A stretch of 64,000 nt of DNA, taken from contig NC_042998.1 in assembly GCF_006345805.1 (NCBI RefSeq), forward strand, positions 88,536,001 to 88,600,000. The letters are read 5' to 3'. The notes under the pieces were generated by a model that saw only the letters and a list, made by a program, of their open reading frames with translations, was not told where the DNA came from and did not search any database. Shown here piece by piece: positions 42,111 to 55,575 of this stretch. Made by a program: the position numbers and the translations under genes. How positions within the stretch are numbered: position 1 is the stretch's first letter; each line of letters starts with the position of its first letter. Origin of the DNA: Octopus sinensis (lineage: Eukaryota).

Positions 42111-45100
42111 AAAGAAGAATAAATACAATATAGTTCTGATAAGGAGTAAAATCATAATCTTTTCTTTCTGAAGTTCAGAGGCTTAAGACTATAAAACCTA
42201 AATTATCAATATCATCAGCAACAGTATCATCTCAGCATCTACTTTTTAATGCATGAACAGGTCAGACAGAATTCATACAGATTTTCAACAACCAGATGCC
42301 CCTTCCTGTCACAACCCTGACCTATTTCCAAATAAGTAATATTTCCCTTGACCAGACAAAGTCTTCACAGATGGTGATACTTGCTTATAACTATCACACC
42401 ATGTCATGAGACACACACACACACACACACATATGAGTATGTATATACATACACATACACAACAGGCTTCCTTAAGTTTTTGTCAATTGAATCTACTCAC
42501 AAGGCTTTTGCCTAAGATGTCACGCAGTGGGACTGAACCCAAAATCATGTGGTTGATATACAAGCTTCTTAACCATGCAGTTAAGCCAATGTAGTATGAA
42601 GAGGGGAAATGTAGAGAATCCTTAAAGATCATCCAAGCTTCTATTTTTGTCATTTTCTTTCCAGAAGAACATTGCATTTAAATTACCAACAAATATTAAC
42701 AATAACAAGAGCACTCAGGGAGCGCAAACCTCTGCCAAGGTAACACCAACGTCCTCCCAATGATTAGCCAGTGATGATTTTTAAAATGAGAATATCAGAA
42801 ATAAACTCGACTGCTCTCACAAACGAGAATATTAAAAATAAACCCAAACACTCTCAAAAATTAAGTAAAAGAACTGGAAAAATAATCCAGAATCCTTGTC
42901 CAGTAATGGATCAATCCCAAAATCTAATCAGTTTGTACCAGTCACAAGGCCAAACATCCCTGAAAGTTACATCCAAATCCATCAACTGAAAACTATACCT
43001 CTGCCTTCACTAAAGCAAAGGTAATAAGAATTATTTACACTAGGTTAAACCCATAGCTACAATACTTGTACTATAACTGCTATAGTTTTGCTCTAAAACC
43101 AAGAGTCCACAGGTTAACTGAGCCAAACACTGTCAAACACCATGTCTTTCATAAAACTGATTTCTTGCATAAAGAACTTGTGTGGCCAAGTGGTTAGGGT
43201 GTTGAAGTCACAATCATAAGGTCATGGTTTTAATTCTTGGACTGGGTTGTGTGTTGTGAAGCAAGGTACATCATTTTATGTTTCTCCAGTAAACTGAGCT
43301 GAAAATGAGTATCAACTGATTGCTGGTGCAGCTTTCTTTCCCTCAAGCTGTCATATTCTACTGGGAGGACTTACATGTCTGTTTGCACACAACTACATAG
43401 GTACTTAAAACAGTTACTGAAAGCATAGAACAAGCTACCAAGTTGTTATATGTGGGTGGGGATTAAGCTATATAAAGAAAAAAATCTCATATTTATAAGA
43501 ATGAAGAATGAGAAATTGTGATCGTTTTTCCCACAAACATGATCAATGATGTAACTGAAGAGATTCCAGCTTCAAATTAAAACTGGATCAGTTACAAACT
43601 TGGCTTCCACAGAACTTAATGCCATACCAAAGCATTCAATTTTCATTTAATATTCATTTATTTCTGAGAGGATAAGAAAATGTAATTTTATGCTTTTCTC
43701 AAGAACACAAGTAAAATAAATAAAGTTATCTGAATTGACAATGAGATATAATCAACAATGTTAATTTACACAGAGTAAACTGCCAGTTTTTATAATATTA
43801 ATATTACTACCATACCATTTTCGTACTGGTACCACAATAAAATGCACTCAGTACACTCTGTAAAGTGGTTTGTGATAGGAAAGGCATCCAGCCATAGAAG
43901 CCATATCAAAGATGAAATGCAAGAGCGAGAGTCCTTCAACCTATCTAGGAGGGGAAAGTGATGGTCAATTAAAGTCATGTCAGTATGGAAAGCATACATA
44001 AAATAATGATAACAATGTGGATAAATGGCATCAGTACATTGTTTTCAATATTGACATTAATTACACTGGCTGGAAAACTTATGACACCCTTTACTTTCTA
44101 CCTTCACAATATCTCTTTGAAAAGAGAGAACTCTTTAGAAATGGTGCAGACAAATTCTCTTATGAGTGAATGTGGCAGAAGGAAACTGAAAGAAGCCCAT
44201 TGTACATACACATCTATCTGTGTGCATGTGTGTGCATCACTGTGTTTTTCCACATTTGCACTCTACAGCAGTTACTATTACTGGTGTTGTCATTTTCTTT
44301 GTCAACAGCTTATTTATTAATTTTGCACCTTCATAGGTAGACATGTGAAATAAGAGATCCCTTAGTAAAAAAAGACAGGTATGGGTTAGCAATAAGAAGG
44401 GTATGTGACTGTAAATCAGTGTCTTCATAATGTATTCATCTAACCCATGCAAGCATGCAAAAGTGGGTCTTAGATGAAGAATCAAACTACTCCCTATTCA
44501 CAAACTACGGAAGACCAAGCTAGTACTTATCTTTAATTTATGTAGATAAATTTATCTTAAGTTTCAGTCATTCAAACAAAGTAGCAATATACAAACTCAT
44601 CAACTGATGAACCAAGTATTTGTATTAAAAATCTAAATACCAGTACTCAGTTTTCAACTCTCATAGAGATTCATAATGTATCCAATAAAAAAAGAGAAGC
44701 GAAATAAATGAATGAAATTAAAGAGATAAAACCAGTTATTCTTTTGTTTTGTCTAAATCAGCCCTTCATCTTCTCAATATTTTCTCAGCAGGTAGAAGAC
44801 TATATTGTGTAGAGAGGTAGGTATGGTAGATCAAAGTAGAACTTATTGTATCCATTGGCTGGTGAAAACCAAAGTCAATTGTCATCATTATCATTTAATA
44901 TCCATTTTCCATGCTGACATAGGTTGGACATTTTGACCAGAACTGGCAAGCCAGAGAGCTTCACTAGGTTATGCCCTTCTGACTGCTTCACTAGGTTATG
45001 CCCTTCTGACTGCCAACTACTTTACAGAGGTGTACTGGGAGCTTTTTACATGGCACCATCACCAGTGCTTTTTACATAGTACCAACACCAGGCCGATATA

Positions 45101-45445
45101 TCAAAATCCATTCATAAAGTATAATCTAAATACAAGTTTGTTTTTTTTTTAGTCAGAAAGAAAAATAATACCCATGACTCTTTACAGGGCCCTGAGACTG
45201 GTGGAAGAAAGGAAGCAAGAATCCTCAGACTAGAGACCTAGACAAAATACTTGGACTAGACTGGATTCTAAGGGTAAACAAGGGCCAAGTTATAGTGTTA
45301 AACTGAGCAGCAGATTAAGTCTATCACTCAAGTAGGCTGTGGGATTAGAACTCAGAATGCAAAGTGCTGGACCAAATACCACAAGGCATCTCCTGCAATA
45401 TTCTTACCATGCTGATAATTTATGGTTTTAATATTTTCAAAAGAA

Positions 45446-45451
45446 TTTATT
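45446..45451 (-). other. Candidate AATAAA polyadenylation signal for MRPL10
   Basis: TTTATT on the plus strand about 530 nt downstream of the MRPL10 stop. The context is AT-rich, so support is weak. Confidence 0.25.
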
Positions 45452-45979
45452 TTACGAATCCTACTAAGTTGCAACACCATTTTTCAGGAATTATGTAGTA
45501 TAAATAATAAGGTTTAATCAAACCACTTTCTTCGTTGTTTTTGGTATTGTTAATTACAATATCTTCATGTGATATAGTTTACATATTAATTTTATAGTCA
45601 AGTTGGTTGATGAAACCAAATAGGAAAGAAATGTAGAACTATAGTCAGATGTCTTGCCATTGCTAACCAATGAACAGTTAAGAGGACAGAATATATTCTA
45701 TTCATCAGGCATGCTGAAGAAAGTAGAATTATGGTACTTGTCCAGATGCACAAAATTAAACATCTAGCAGTTAGTGAAAGCATTTGATCCAATAAAAGCC
45801 ATAAGATCCAGTTAGCTGGGAAAATAAAGGTAAACAATAAAAAATATATCAATACATAATAAAAAAGATTACACAAAAACATCATTGTTTTCAAATGAAT
45901 TTTGTTCTTTTTTCTTAAAACTGATGCAATTCCAAAAACAGTAATTAATAACTGATGACAATAAATTAATGTTTATGAT

Positions 45980-46176
45980 TTAGTCTTGAGAGTCTTGTAT
46001 TGATAACTGTTTTAGATTTGCTACAAGCTGTCTCTGGTGATGATCAAGTAGACTGGAAGCAGTTGCACTGTTGGATGCCAGCAAACCCACCAACTCGCTT
46101 TGGACATTTTCTAATGATAATTTAGAGAATGCTACAACTCCGTCACGAGTTAATAAATGGTTTTCTATAGCACCAC
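45980..46176 (-). CDS. MRPL10: MRPL10 terminal coding exon: (G)GAIENHLLTRDGVVAFSKLSLENVQSELVGLLASNSATASSLLDHHQRQLVANLKQLSIQDSQD*
   Basis: Acceptor ttttacctttcag|GT and stop TAA at 45980-45982. It closely resembles the MRPL10 C-terminus (LLGG.I....L.R.G......KL.SL..VQ.ELVG.L). Confidence 0.93.
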
Positions 46177-47898
46177 CTGAAAGGTAAAAAGAAAGCATAA
46201 TTAACACATTGAAACCTTTGTATCTGCAAGAAATAAGTACTCAGGTAAAGAAGTCTGTGGATGTTTTCTGACTGAAGAATATGGAATCATATTTATGAAT
46301 AATCAACTAAAAAACGGTTAATACTGCCCAAAGTTACCCACTTTCCATGGCAAATAAGTGACCAAGATCACAACATACTTCCTGGACAGGATGCAAGTCT
46401 ATTGCGGGGGCTACTCATTTAAAGCTGAGTGAAATGGAGTAACATAAAATGAAGCGTTTTGCTCAAGACAATGCACCATCCAGTCTGAGGATCAAAACCT
46501 TGCTATCACAGCAACACCCTAACCACTAAGTAACGCGTCTTCACTAGAAATCAAATATGTTTTAGGAAATACTAATAAGTGATAACTTTGTCATGAAGAC
46601 ACAATTTTAAAATTACTATGCTAAATGCTTGTGGAGGCATATGGTTTAGTGGTTAAGGTGTTGGACTCACAATTGTAAGATTGTGATTTCGATTCCTGGG
46701 CCAGGCGATGCATTGTGTTCTTAAGCAAATCAGTTATTTCACATTGTTCCAGTCCACCCAGTTGGCAAAACTGAGTTATCCTATGACAGACCAGCATCCT
46801 GTCCATGGAAAAATATATACACCAGAGGGGCTGGGAAACCGACCCTATGCTCCTTACAGAATAATGTGGACTAACAATGCTACACCCTTGCGTAGATGAT
46901 ATTTGTAAATTAATTGTTAATGTTTTTTAGTTGTTGGAAGTCTTTCAATTTTTATGATTGTGAGTCCAACAGCCTAACCACTAAGCTGTATGCCCCCACA
47001 AGCAATGTATGGAGTGGGGTAGCAGGACCTTATTTAATTTTCTGAAGTGCTTTTGACATAAGATCAAATTACTGACCCCATTGATTTCAATACCTAAAAG
47101 TTAAGGATGCTTTTGGATAGATTTCAAAGAAAGTGTGCTCTTATCATCATTGTTTTTAATGTCCACATTTCCATGTTTGCAAGGAATTCGCTGAAGCAAG
47201 TTTTCTATAGCCAAATGCCTTTCCTGTCATGAACCCCCAGCTGAGAGGAAATGATTGACACTACTTACATGATAATGACACCAGTTTACAACTTGTGTGA
47301 TCTCAAGGCAAAGACACACACACACACGCACACACATATATACAGGATGAGCTTCTTTCAGTTTCTAGTAACCAAATCTATTTACAAGGCTTTGGTCAAC
47401 CCAAGGATAAAGAAGGCACCTGAAACCATATGATTAGGAAGTGAACTTCTTAACCCCCACTTAGTCATAATTGCTTTCATATAGGCACAGGGCTTGAAAT
47501 TTTGAGGTAGTAGGTTAGTTCATACAGTCAACTCCAGTACTTGACTGTTACTTTATATTATTGACCCCAAAAGGATGGAAGATAAAGATGACTTTGATGG
47601 GGTTTGAAACTATAATATAAAGAAACAGAACAAATACTGAAAGCATTTTTTCAGATCCTGTGATGGTTCTGTCAGCTCACCAAAATGATGATAATAGTAA
47701 TGGTTTCAAATTTTGGAACAAGGTCAACAATTTTAGGGAATTGGGTATGTCGATTACATCCACCCCAGTACTTGACTGTTACTTATTTCAATTACCCTAA
47801 AAGATGAAAAGCAAAGTCGACTTCAACAGTATTTGCACACAGAACATAAATATGGACTAAACACCGTTAAATATTTTATCTGATGTGCTAACAATTCT

Positions 47899-48130
47899 TA
47901 TTTCTTTATTGCCCGCAAAGGGCTAAACATAGAGGGGACAAACAAGGACAGACAAAGAGATTAAGTCGATTAGATCGACCCAAGTGCATAACTGGTACTT
48001 AATTTATCGACCCCGAAAGGATGAAATGCAAAGTCGACCTTGGTGGAATTTGAACTCAGAATGTAACAGCAGACGAAATACAGCTAAGCATTTCACCCGG
48101 CGTGCTAACATTTCTGCCAGCTCACCGCCT
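47899..48130 (-). mobile_element. Young tRNA-derived SINE with a 15-bp TSD, nested in an older SINE
   Basis: TSD tgtgctaacaattct at 47884-98 and 48131-45; CpGs retained. Confidence 0.88.
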
Positions 48131-48379
48131 TGTGCTAACAATTCTGCCAGCTCACAGCTTTAATGATGACAATCCTTTCTACTATAGGCATAAGGCGAGA
48201 AATTTTGGGAATTGGGGCTAGTTGATTACATTGACCACAGTGTTTGACTGGTACTTATTTCATCAACTCCCAAAAGAATGAAAGGCAAAGCCAACCTTGG
48301 TAGAATTTGAACTCAGAATAGAAAGATGAACAAAAGGATGCTAAGTAGTTTGTCCAGTGTGCTAATGATTTTGCCAGCA

Positions 48380-49054
48380 TGTTGCAAACTGATGAACATA
48401 GATATGAAGACAAGAAAAATATTGACCGTGCACAGAGCCTTCCACCCTAAGAGTGGAGACACTGATAAGCTGTACTTGTCCAGAAGAAAGGGTGGGAGAG
48501 ATTTGATCAGTTGCCAGGATTGTATCAAAACAGAGGAAAACAGCTTAGGGTGGTATGTAACAATTACCGTGGAACCATTGTTGAAACATGTGAAGTTTGG
48601 TGTCATTAAAACTGATAATTGTGTAAAGAAAGAAAAACTTAAAGAGGAAAAGAACACAAGAAAAAAAACATGGAGGAGAAAAAAATGTACAGTCAGTTTG
48701 CAAGAGATACGAACAGCAAGACAGATACAGAAGACCAATGGCTAGGGATGAGGAGTGACCTGAAGAATGTGTGGTGAAAGGGGTGAAACAGCATGGCACA
48801 TCATTAGCGAATACCTGAAATTGGCACAGAACGAATACAAAAGACAACATGACAATGTGGCAAGAATGACCCATTGGGAGCTCTGTGGAAATCATGGCCT
48901 ACAAAGAGCAAAGATGTGGTATGAGAAAACCCCAGGAGTCACTGAGAATGAAGATTGCAAAATCCTGAGGGATGCAAAGATTCAGTGCAATCACCTGGCC
49001 AGACATCGGAAACCAGACACTGTTGTGGTGAATAAAAAAGAAAGAATCATTATC
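48380..49054 (+). mobile_element. R4/Dong-type (restriction-like endonuclease) LINE fragment
   Basis: IDMKTRKILT.HRAFHPKS.D.DKLYLSRRKGGR, then a CCHC-like (R)MCGE..ET..HIISE..KLAQ.EYKRQHD.VA, then WYEKTP and HRKPD.VVVNK. Confidence 0.85.
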
Positions 49055-49285
49055 ATAAGGGCTGTACAGGCCCTTTACAGAGAGGCCATTAGTAAGGTTA
49101 GGATTGGCAGTGAGTATAGTGAAGAATTCCGGGTAGAAGTAGGGATCCACCAAGGTTCAGCCCTCAGTCCCCTTTTATTCATCATAGTCCTCCTGGCAAT
49201 AACAGAGAAATTCATGACGGGTTGCTCCTGGGAGCTCCTCTATGCTGATGACCTGGCCCTCATAGCAGAATCATTACTGAAACTA
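49055..49285 (+). mobile_element. Inverted ~230-bp RTE RT fragment, a near-copy of 50638-50866
   Basis: Encodes IRAVQALYREAISKVRIGSEYSEEFRVEVGIHQGSALSP..LYADDLALIAES and is nearly identical to the reverse complement of the adjacent minus-strand RTE. Confidence 0.9.
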
Positions 49286-49289
49286 TTAC

Positions 49290-52200
49290 CATCATCATCA
49301 TCGTTTAACGTTCGTTTTCCATGCTAGCATGGGTTGGACGGTTCGACCAGGGTCTGGGAAGCCAAGAGGCTGCACCAGGCTCCAGTCTGATCTTGCAATG
49401 TTTCTACAGCTGGATGCCCTTCCTAATGCCAACCACTCTGTATGTGTAGTGGATGCTTTCTACGTGCCACTGGCACAGGGACCAGAGAAAGCTGGCAAAC
49501 GGCCACAATCGGTTGGTGCTTTGTACATGCCACCGGCACAGACACCAGTCAAGGCGGCACTGGCATCGGCCATGTTTGGATGGTTGTTTTCTTATGTGAC
49601 ACTGGCACAGGGATCACAATTACAATTTCCATTTGATTTTTATTTTGATGTTGATGTACTTGACTCAATAGGTCTCCTCAAGCACAACAGGTCACACTAC
49701 AATCCAAGGTTAGCACAGCAGGCCATCCTGCGAGCCATGAACTCACTTCATTTGTCGGCTCTTCGCAGTCACAGCATATCTCCAGAAGTCTCGGTCTTTT
49801 GTCATAGCCTCTGTGAAGCCCAACATTCAAAGGTCATGCTTGATCACCTCATCCCATGTCTTCCTGGGTCTACCTCTACCCAAGATTCCTTCAACAGTTT
49901 GGGAGTGGCACTTCTTCACACACCTCTCCTCATCCATCCATAGTACATGACCATACCAGCACAAACGTCTCTCTTGCACACCACATCTGATGCTTCTTGC
50001 ATCCAACATTTCTCTCAGAGAGCTTACACTCAGTCATGCATGCACACTGACATTACACATCCAGCGGATCATGCTAGCTTCATTTCTTTCGAGCCTACAC
50101 AAGTCCTCCACTGTCACAGCCCATGTTTCACTGCCGTGAAGCATGGCAGTTCGCACACATGAGTTGTACAATCTACCTTTCACTCTGAGCGAGAGACCCT
50201 TTATCACCAGTAGGGAAAGAAGCTTTCTAAACTATTCTTATTCTAGTGGTAACTCTCTGAGCATCCACCCCACCACTAACTTGGTCACCTAGGTAGCGGA
50301 AACTATCAACTACTTTTAATTTCTTCCCCTGGAGTGTGATGGAATCTGTTTTCTGACTATCTGTGGTGTCTATTGCCCCTGTGCATCTGCTACACACAAA
50401 AGCTATCTTCTCGGTTAATTTTCCTTTGATGTTGCTGCACCTCTTATGTGTCCATAGCTTATGCTGGGCACATCTTATGGAGTTCCTACCTACCTTTTCT
50501 ACAGATCAAGCAGGGCCACCTACCTAGGGGGTGTGTGATGAGTTTGCCTTCCTACTTACTAGAACTTTGGTCTTTGCTACATTGACTCAAAGGCCTTTTG
50601 ATTCTAAACCTAGCTTCCACACCCGAAATTTCTTTTCTAGTTTCGGTAATGATTCTGCTATGAGGGCCAGGTCATCAGCATAGAGGAGCTCCCAGGGCAA
50701 CCCATCATGAATTTCTCTGTTATTGCCTGGAGGACTATGATGAATAAAAGGGACTGAGGGCTGAACCTTGGTGGATCCCTACTTCTACCCGGAATTCTTC
50801 ACTATACTCACTGCCAATCCTAACCTTACTAATGGCCTCTCTGTAAAGGGCCTGTACAGCCCTTATTAACCATTCGTCAATCTCCAGTTTCCACATTGCC
50901 CACCAGATAAGGGATCGGGGGACCCTGTCAAAGGCTTTCTCCAAGTCCACAAAAGCTAAGTATAGGGGTTTATCTTTAGCTAGGTATTTCTCCTGAAGTT
51001 GTTGAACCAGGAATATGGCATCAGTGGTGCTTCTAGCCGGCACAAAACCGAACTGCATCCCATCTAAGCAGACTCTCTCCCTAGTGAGATGGAGTATGAC
51101 CCTCTCCGTGACTTTCATCACCCGATCCAGCAGTTTGATACCCCTGTAGTTATTTCTATCTAGAGCATCACCTTTACCCTTGTAGCAGTTGAGTATGGTG
51201 CTCCTATGCCAATCATTGGGTATGACGCCATCATGAACTACCTGGTTTACAATGCAGGTGACTAGGCCATAGCCCACACTACCAGATATTTTAAGCATCT
51301 CAGCAGTGATTCCTGATGGGCTGGGGGCTTTTCCTGGCATCATACCCTTAATTGCTTTATCTACTCGGGAGCTGTCTATTCAGATAGCTAGTCCCTCTAC
51401 TGGGTCAACATTTGGCAGGCTCTCCTCCTCCCATTCATTCTCCACATTCAGCAGTCTTTCATAATGACTTCTCCAAGCCTCTTTCTTTTCAGAATCATTA
51501 AAAGCAAGTACTCCACCATCCATGTGGACACATTTCTCTCCTGTAACATCACAATTTTCTCTCATACACTGTCTTGCAATCCGAAATACCTTAGTTATTT
51601 GGTCCTCACGTCACTAGACACTGGCAAACTTCTTTTTTTCCACTACGCTCTTGACTATGTATACTGCCACCCAGCCTCCCTTTTGGCTACCTAGTACAGC
51701 TCTCTGCTACCCTCACTCTTCCAAGCTTGTTTCTTTGCTCTACTGTACTATTCCACCACCACGTAACTCTAGGTTTAGAAGGGACTTTGCACCATCCACA
51801 CACTTGTGGTACTCAGCAAGCTGTCCCGTAGGAATTTCCAGCTACCTTCTATGTCCGATGTCTGTAGCTCCTCCACTCTTCCAGGCTTGTTTCTTTGCTC
51901 TACCATACTATTCCACCACCACGTAACTCTAGGTTTAGAAGGGACTTTGCAACATCCACAGACTTGTGGTACTCAGCAAGCTGTCCTGTAGGAATTTCCA
52001 GCTACCTTCTATGTCCGACGTCTGTAGCTCCTCCTCCCTTTCCTCAAATTTCTTGATGAGGATGTCCCTAAATCTCCGACCATGTGAAGTTCTTTAGCTT
52101 CTAAATCCTTCTTTTTTGGATTGGTCTGCTTCTTGGTATCCTTCTGGCCTCAAGCCTAAAGTCACTAATAACTAGCCTATGCTGGAGGGTACATTGTTCA

Positions 52201-53880
52201 CCCAGAAGGGGCTTTGTATTTATGAGCAACCCTGCGTCCTGCTGAGGATGAAATCAATCTGGCTAGCAGAGTTCGCAGATTGATAGGCTATAAAGTGACT
52301 GTCTGGCTTCCTGAAGTTAGTGTTGCAGATTAAAAGGTTACATGCATCACAGAACTCCAGTAGCCTGGTTCCCTCATCGTTTTGGGTGCCAATACCATGG
52401 TCACCATGTACCCCAGTGAAGATACCAGATTCCTGCCCAACATGTCCATTAAAGTCTCCAACCACAAAGATGAGGTCATTACCACTCATCTGTGAGGTAG
52501 CCTGTAGAAGGGTATCATAAAAGTGGTCCTTCTGATCATTTGGTAGCCCCACATGTGGGGCGTAGGCGGAGATAATTGTAGCTGTGGTGTTCTGCAGGAC
52601 TAGCCTGAGCTTAAGCACTCTATCGCATACCCTAACAACCTCTATGACCATATCCACCCATTTCTCTGAAAGGAGTATGCCTATACCCACTACACCATCC
52701 ATGTTACCTTGCCAGAAGACTTTATACCTATGTGCCTTGCCTGTGAGGACCCTAGCTGAAGCTCCTCTCCATCTTACCTCTTGTATGAAGCATACATCAA
52801 CCCATCTCCTTTCAAGCATCTCTACAATCTCACTAGACCTACCTTTCAGTGTGCCAACATTGACAGTGCCAACTCTGAAAACTGGGAAATGAATGTGGCA
52901 TGAGGTTTGGGGAGGAGGGATGTTATTCAGTGCTTGAAAAGAAGAGGGATGTTGTGGTGTTCGTTTGGTAGGCATGCTTCATCTGTTCTCTCTTCCAACC
53001 TGACAACATTCAGGCATGTTAAGATTGTTGCCCTTACTGGAGGTAGGAGCCGGAGTTAGCAGCGTTGTAAGCATAAGCATTATGGTCATCGAATTATGTA
53101 GATTCAAGCAGTGTAGCAAAAATATGGATATTCCAATGTTAGGTTAGGAAGGAGTCAGATGAAACTGGTTGCGTTTGTCCAGGTAGAGGGAGATTGCAGG
53201 TATAATGGAGGGTACCACCAGCGGGGAAGAGTTCAGAGAGAGAGAGAGAGGAAACAAGCTCATTCCTATATATATATACACAAGGTCACCCACACACAAG
53301 AACAAGCACACACAGGCAGCCAAATAGCTTTCTCCTTCACTTCATAAGGCCAAGGGAAATTCTTGGCTAGTATTTGGCATGTTTCTATACAGAATGAAAA
53401 TGGGATGAAAGATAGCCGGTTAAGTAGGAGGGCAGATAACCTGGTTGTGTTTGTCCCAGTAGAGAGATAAAGAAAGAGAGGAAGAGGTAGAGAAAGAGAG
53501 GAAGAGAGATAGAGTGCAGGTAATATAGGGAACATCACCAGTGGGGAGGAGGAATTGGGAGAAGAGATAACTGGAAATGGTGGTGACAAATTTCTAGACA
53601 GAATGAAACATAGGATAGTCGGTGAAGTGGGTGGGTGGATGAGCAGCTGGGTTGGTTGCATTTGTCCTAAGAGAGAAAGGAGAAGTGATGGTAATATATG
53701 GAGAACAGCCCAGTGAGGAGAAAGGTGGGAGAATAGACACAGGTAATGGTGGCAGGAGAAGGGATATCTGGTGTAGATGGTGGGACGATATAGATATCCG
53801 GTATTGGTGGTGGGGCTGGGAAAGGGCGAGCACACTACGAATAAGCAAAGTTTTGTCTGGGGACAGAAGGACGAAAATAT
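49290..53880 (-). mobile_element. Near full-length, decayed RTE LINE (APE endonuclease + RT + 3' UTR) inside the last MRPL10 intron, in sense orientation
   Basis: ORF 52220-52975 is an APE endonuclease (TVNVGTL, IQEVRW, SAYAPH, GDFNGHVG, QIDFIL) and ORF 50735-51343 is RT. The element has many frameshifts and a (GAT)n tail at ~49290-49302. The 5' boundary is approximate. Confidence 0.92.
51714..52033. repeat. 160-bp internal tandem duplication within the RTE
   Basis: cc(a/g)gcttgtttctttgctc...ctgtagctcctcc recurs at 51721 and 51881. Confidence 0.9.
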
Positions 53881-54019
53881 GGTAATAAAGATGAGATTAA
53901 ACAGGAGAAACGAGTAATTAATTTAATGAAATTACATGAGATAGAATTAAAATTATATTTTGAGGGGACATTTTCAATGGTTAGCTCATGAAAACAAGCT
54001 GTTAGCAAATAATACATTT

Positions 54020-54480
54020 AAGGTGTTAATGGCGAATGGGTACAGGAACGGAAAAAATGAGAAAGAATCTTAACTTAGCTTCTCGACATCGTTTGGCAAA
54101 GGAATGGAATATGCATGATAATTGACATAGCATATACCGGTGACAACAGGATCAAAGCGAAAGAAAGAAAACTGAACAACTACAATGATTTTAAGTGGGA
54201 AATACAAAGGTTTTGGTCAATGGAGAGAGTAGACGTGATACCCAATACTAATTGGTACACTTGGAAGTATCAGCACTCAACTACCAACTTGGCTGAAAAA
54301 GATTGGTACAAATGTAAAGATAGAACACCTACAAAAATCAGCATTGCTTGGAACTACAAGAATTCTTTGCAGGGTTCTTGAAGTATAACCAGTAAACAAG
54401 TGTCACCTTAGTCTGCTGGCTGTGGACAACTGATACTTTCCTTCATACCCAGCAAAATAAGCTGAGAATTTTCATCAAGT
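54020..54480 (+). mobile_element. R4/Dong-type LINE 3' remnant
   Basis: IIDIA..GD.RI..KE..K...Y.D.KWEIQRFW....DVIP, then frameshifted GTLGS...IEHLQKSALLGTTRIL. Confidence 0.8.
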
Positions 54481-55438
54481 AATAATAATAATACTGATAG
54501 GAACATCAGGGTGGACCACTTACAGTAAACAACATTCCTTGGAAGTGCTAGACAATTGAAGGTGCCACCTCATTCCACTGGTTGCGGACAGCTTATCTGA
54601 CATATTGTAATAGTATTTTATGGTTATATATTGTGCTGTGAAGGCATATGGCTTAGATGTTAGGGTATTTGGCTCATGATTGCAAGGTTGTGAGTTCAAT
54701 TCCCAGCAGTGCATTGTGTCCTCGAGCAAGACACTTTATTTCACATTGCTCTAGTCCAATCAACTGACAAAAATGAGCTGTACTTGCAATTCAAAGAGCC
54801 AGCCTTGTCACAGCCTGTGTCATGTTGAATCTCCCAGAGATTATGTGTACATGTGTCTTTGAAGTGGTCAGCCACTTACACATTAATTTCACAAGCAGGC
54901 TATTCTGTTGATCAAATCAACCGGAACCCGTCATCATAACTAATGAAGTGCCAGTATAATACATTATATATGCTATTGAAATGACACAAAGCCAAGGTAC
55001 AAATCATCACCATTTTCACTATTTTATGCTCACTTTCCTTGATGGGATGATTGGCACAGGTCAACAGAATTCAACAGGTTGGAAGACCATGTATTTCTCT
55101 GGGCCTCATTCTGGCATGGTTACTGTATTTGGATTAACCACTTTTCTAAGCATTTTGGATGCATTTTTTGTGTCACCAGTACTATAGGGGTTGCTTTTCT
55201 GTCAGTTAGACCAAGGAGTCCTCTCAAGCCCAGCATTGTCATAGCTCAAATTGATTATCAATCATTTACAGAGTGTATTGGGTGCTTTTGTAGCACCAGC
55301 ACTGTTCGGATCATCTTGCAACTTACATGCAACTTATGATGAATGAGACAGAATTACTATGAAAGGATGGAAATGAAGAGAATAACAGAAGGAAGAATAC
55401 TAAAGTTATATTTTTTTTAAATTAGGTATTTTTCTTAC

Positions 55439-55575
55439 CAAGTAATATTAATTTTGGCATAGTGTGGGTACATTTCAATAAATCACTGACTTTTAGAGAT
55501 TCACTTGATATATAGCAGGTAAACTGAGAGATGTTCTGACAAAGATTTGCCCATCGAGTTTCAGCCAGTGCTGTC
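55439..55575 (-). CDS. MRPL10: MRPL10 internal coding exon (137 nt, phase 2 to 1): (K)TALAETRWANLCQNISQFTCYISSESLKVSDLLKCTHTMPKLILL(G)
   Basis: Acceptor ctttcttttattttctag|G and donor CTTG|gtaaga, with phases compatible on both sides. It matches the uL10m segment that precedes the LLGG motif. Confidence 0.9.

Noticed and set aside
44958-45011. 27-bp perfect direct duplication (and a ~20-bp one near 60350-60390)
   Set aside because: Local slippage inside RTE-family UTR sequence. There are no spacers, so it is not CRISPR-like.
45598-45894. 98-aa hydrophobic ORF with a strong acceptor downstream of the MRPL10 stop
   Set aside because: It probably lies in the MRPL10 3' UTR, has no recognisable homology, and its T-rich composition explains the hydrophobic open frame.
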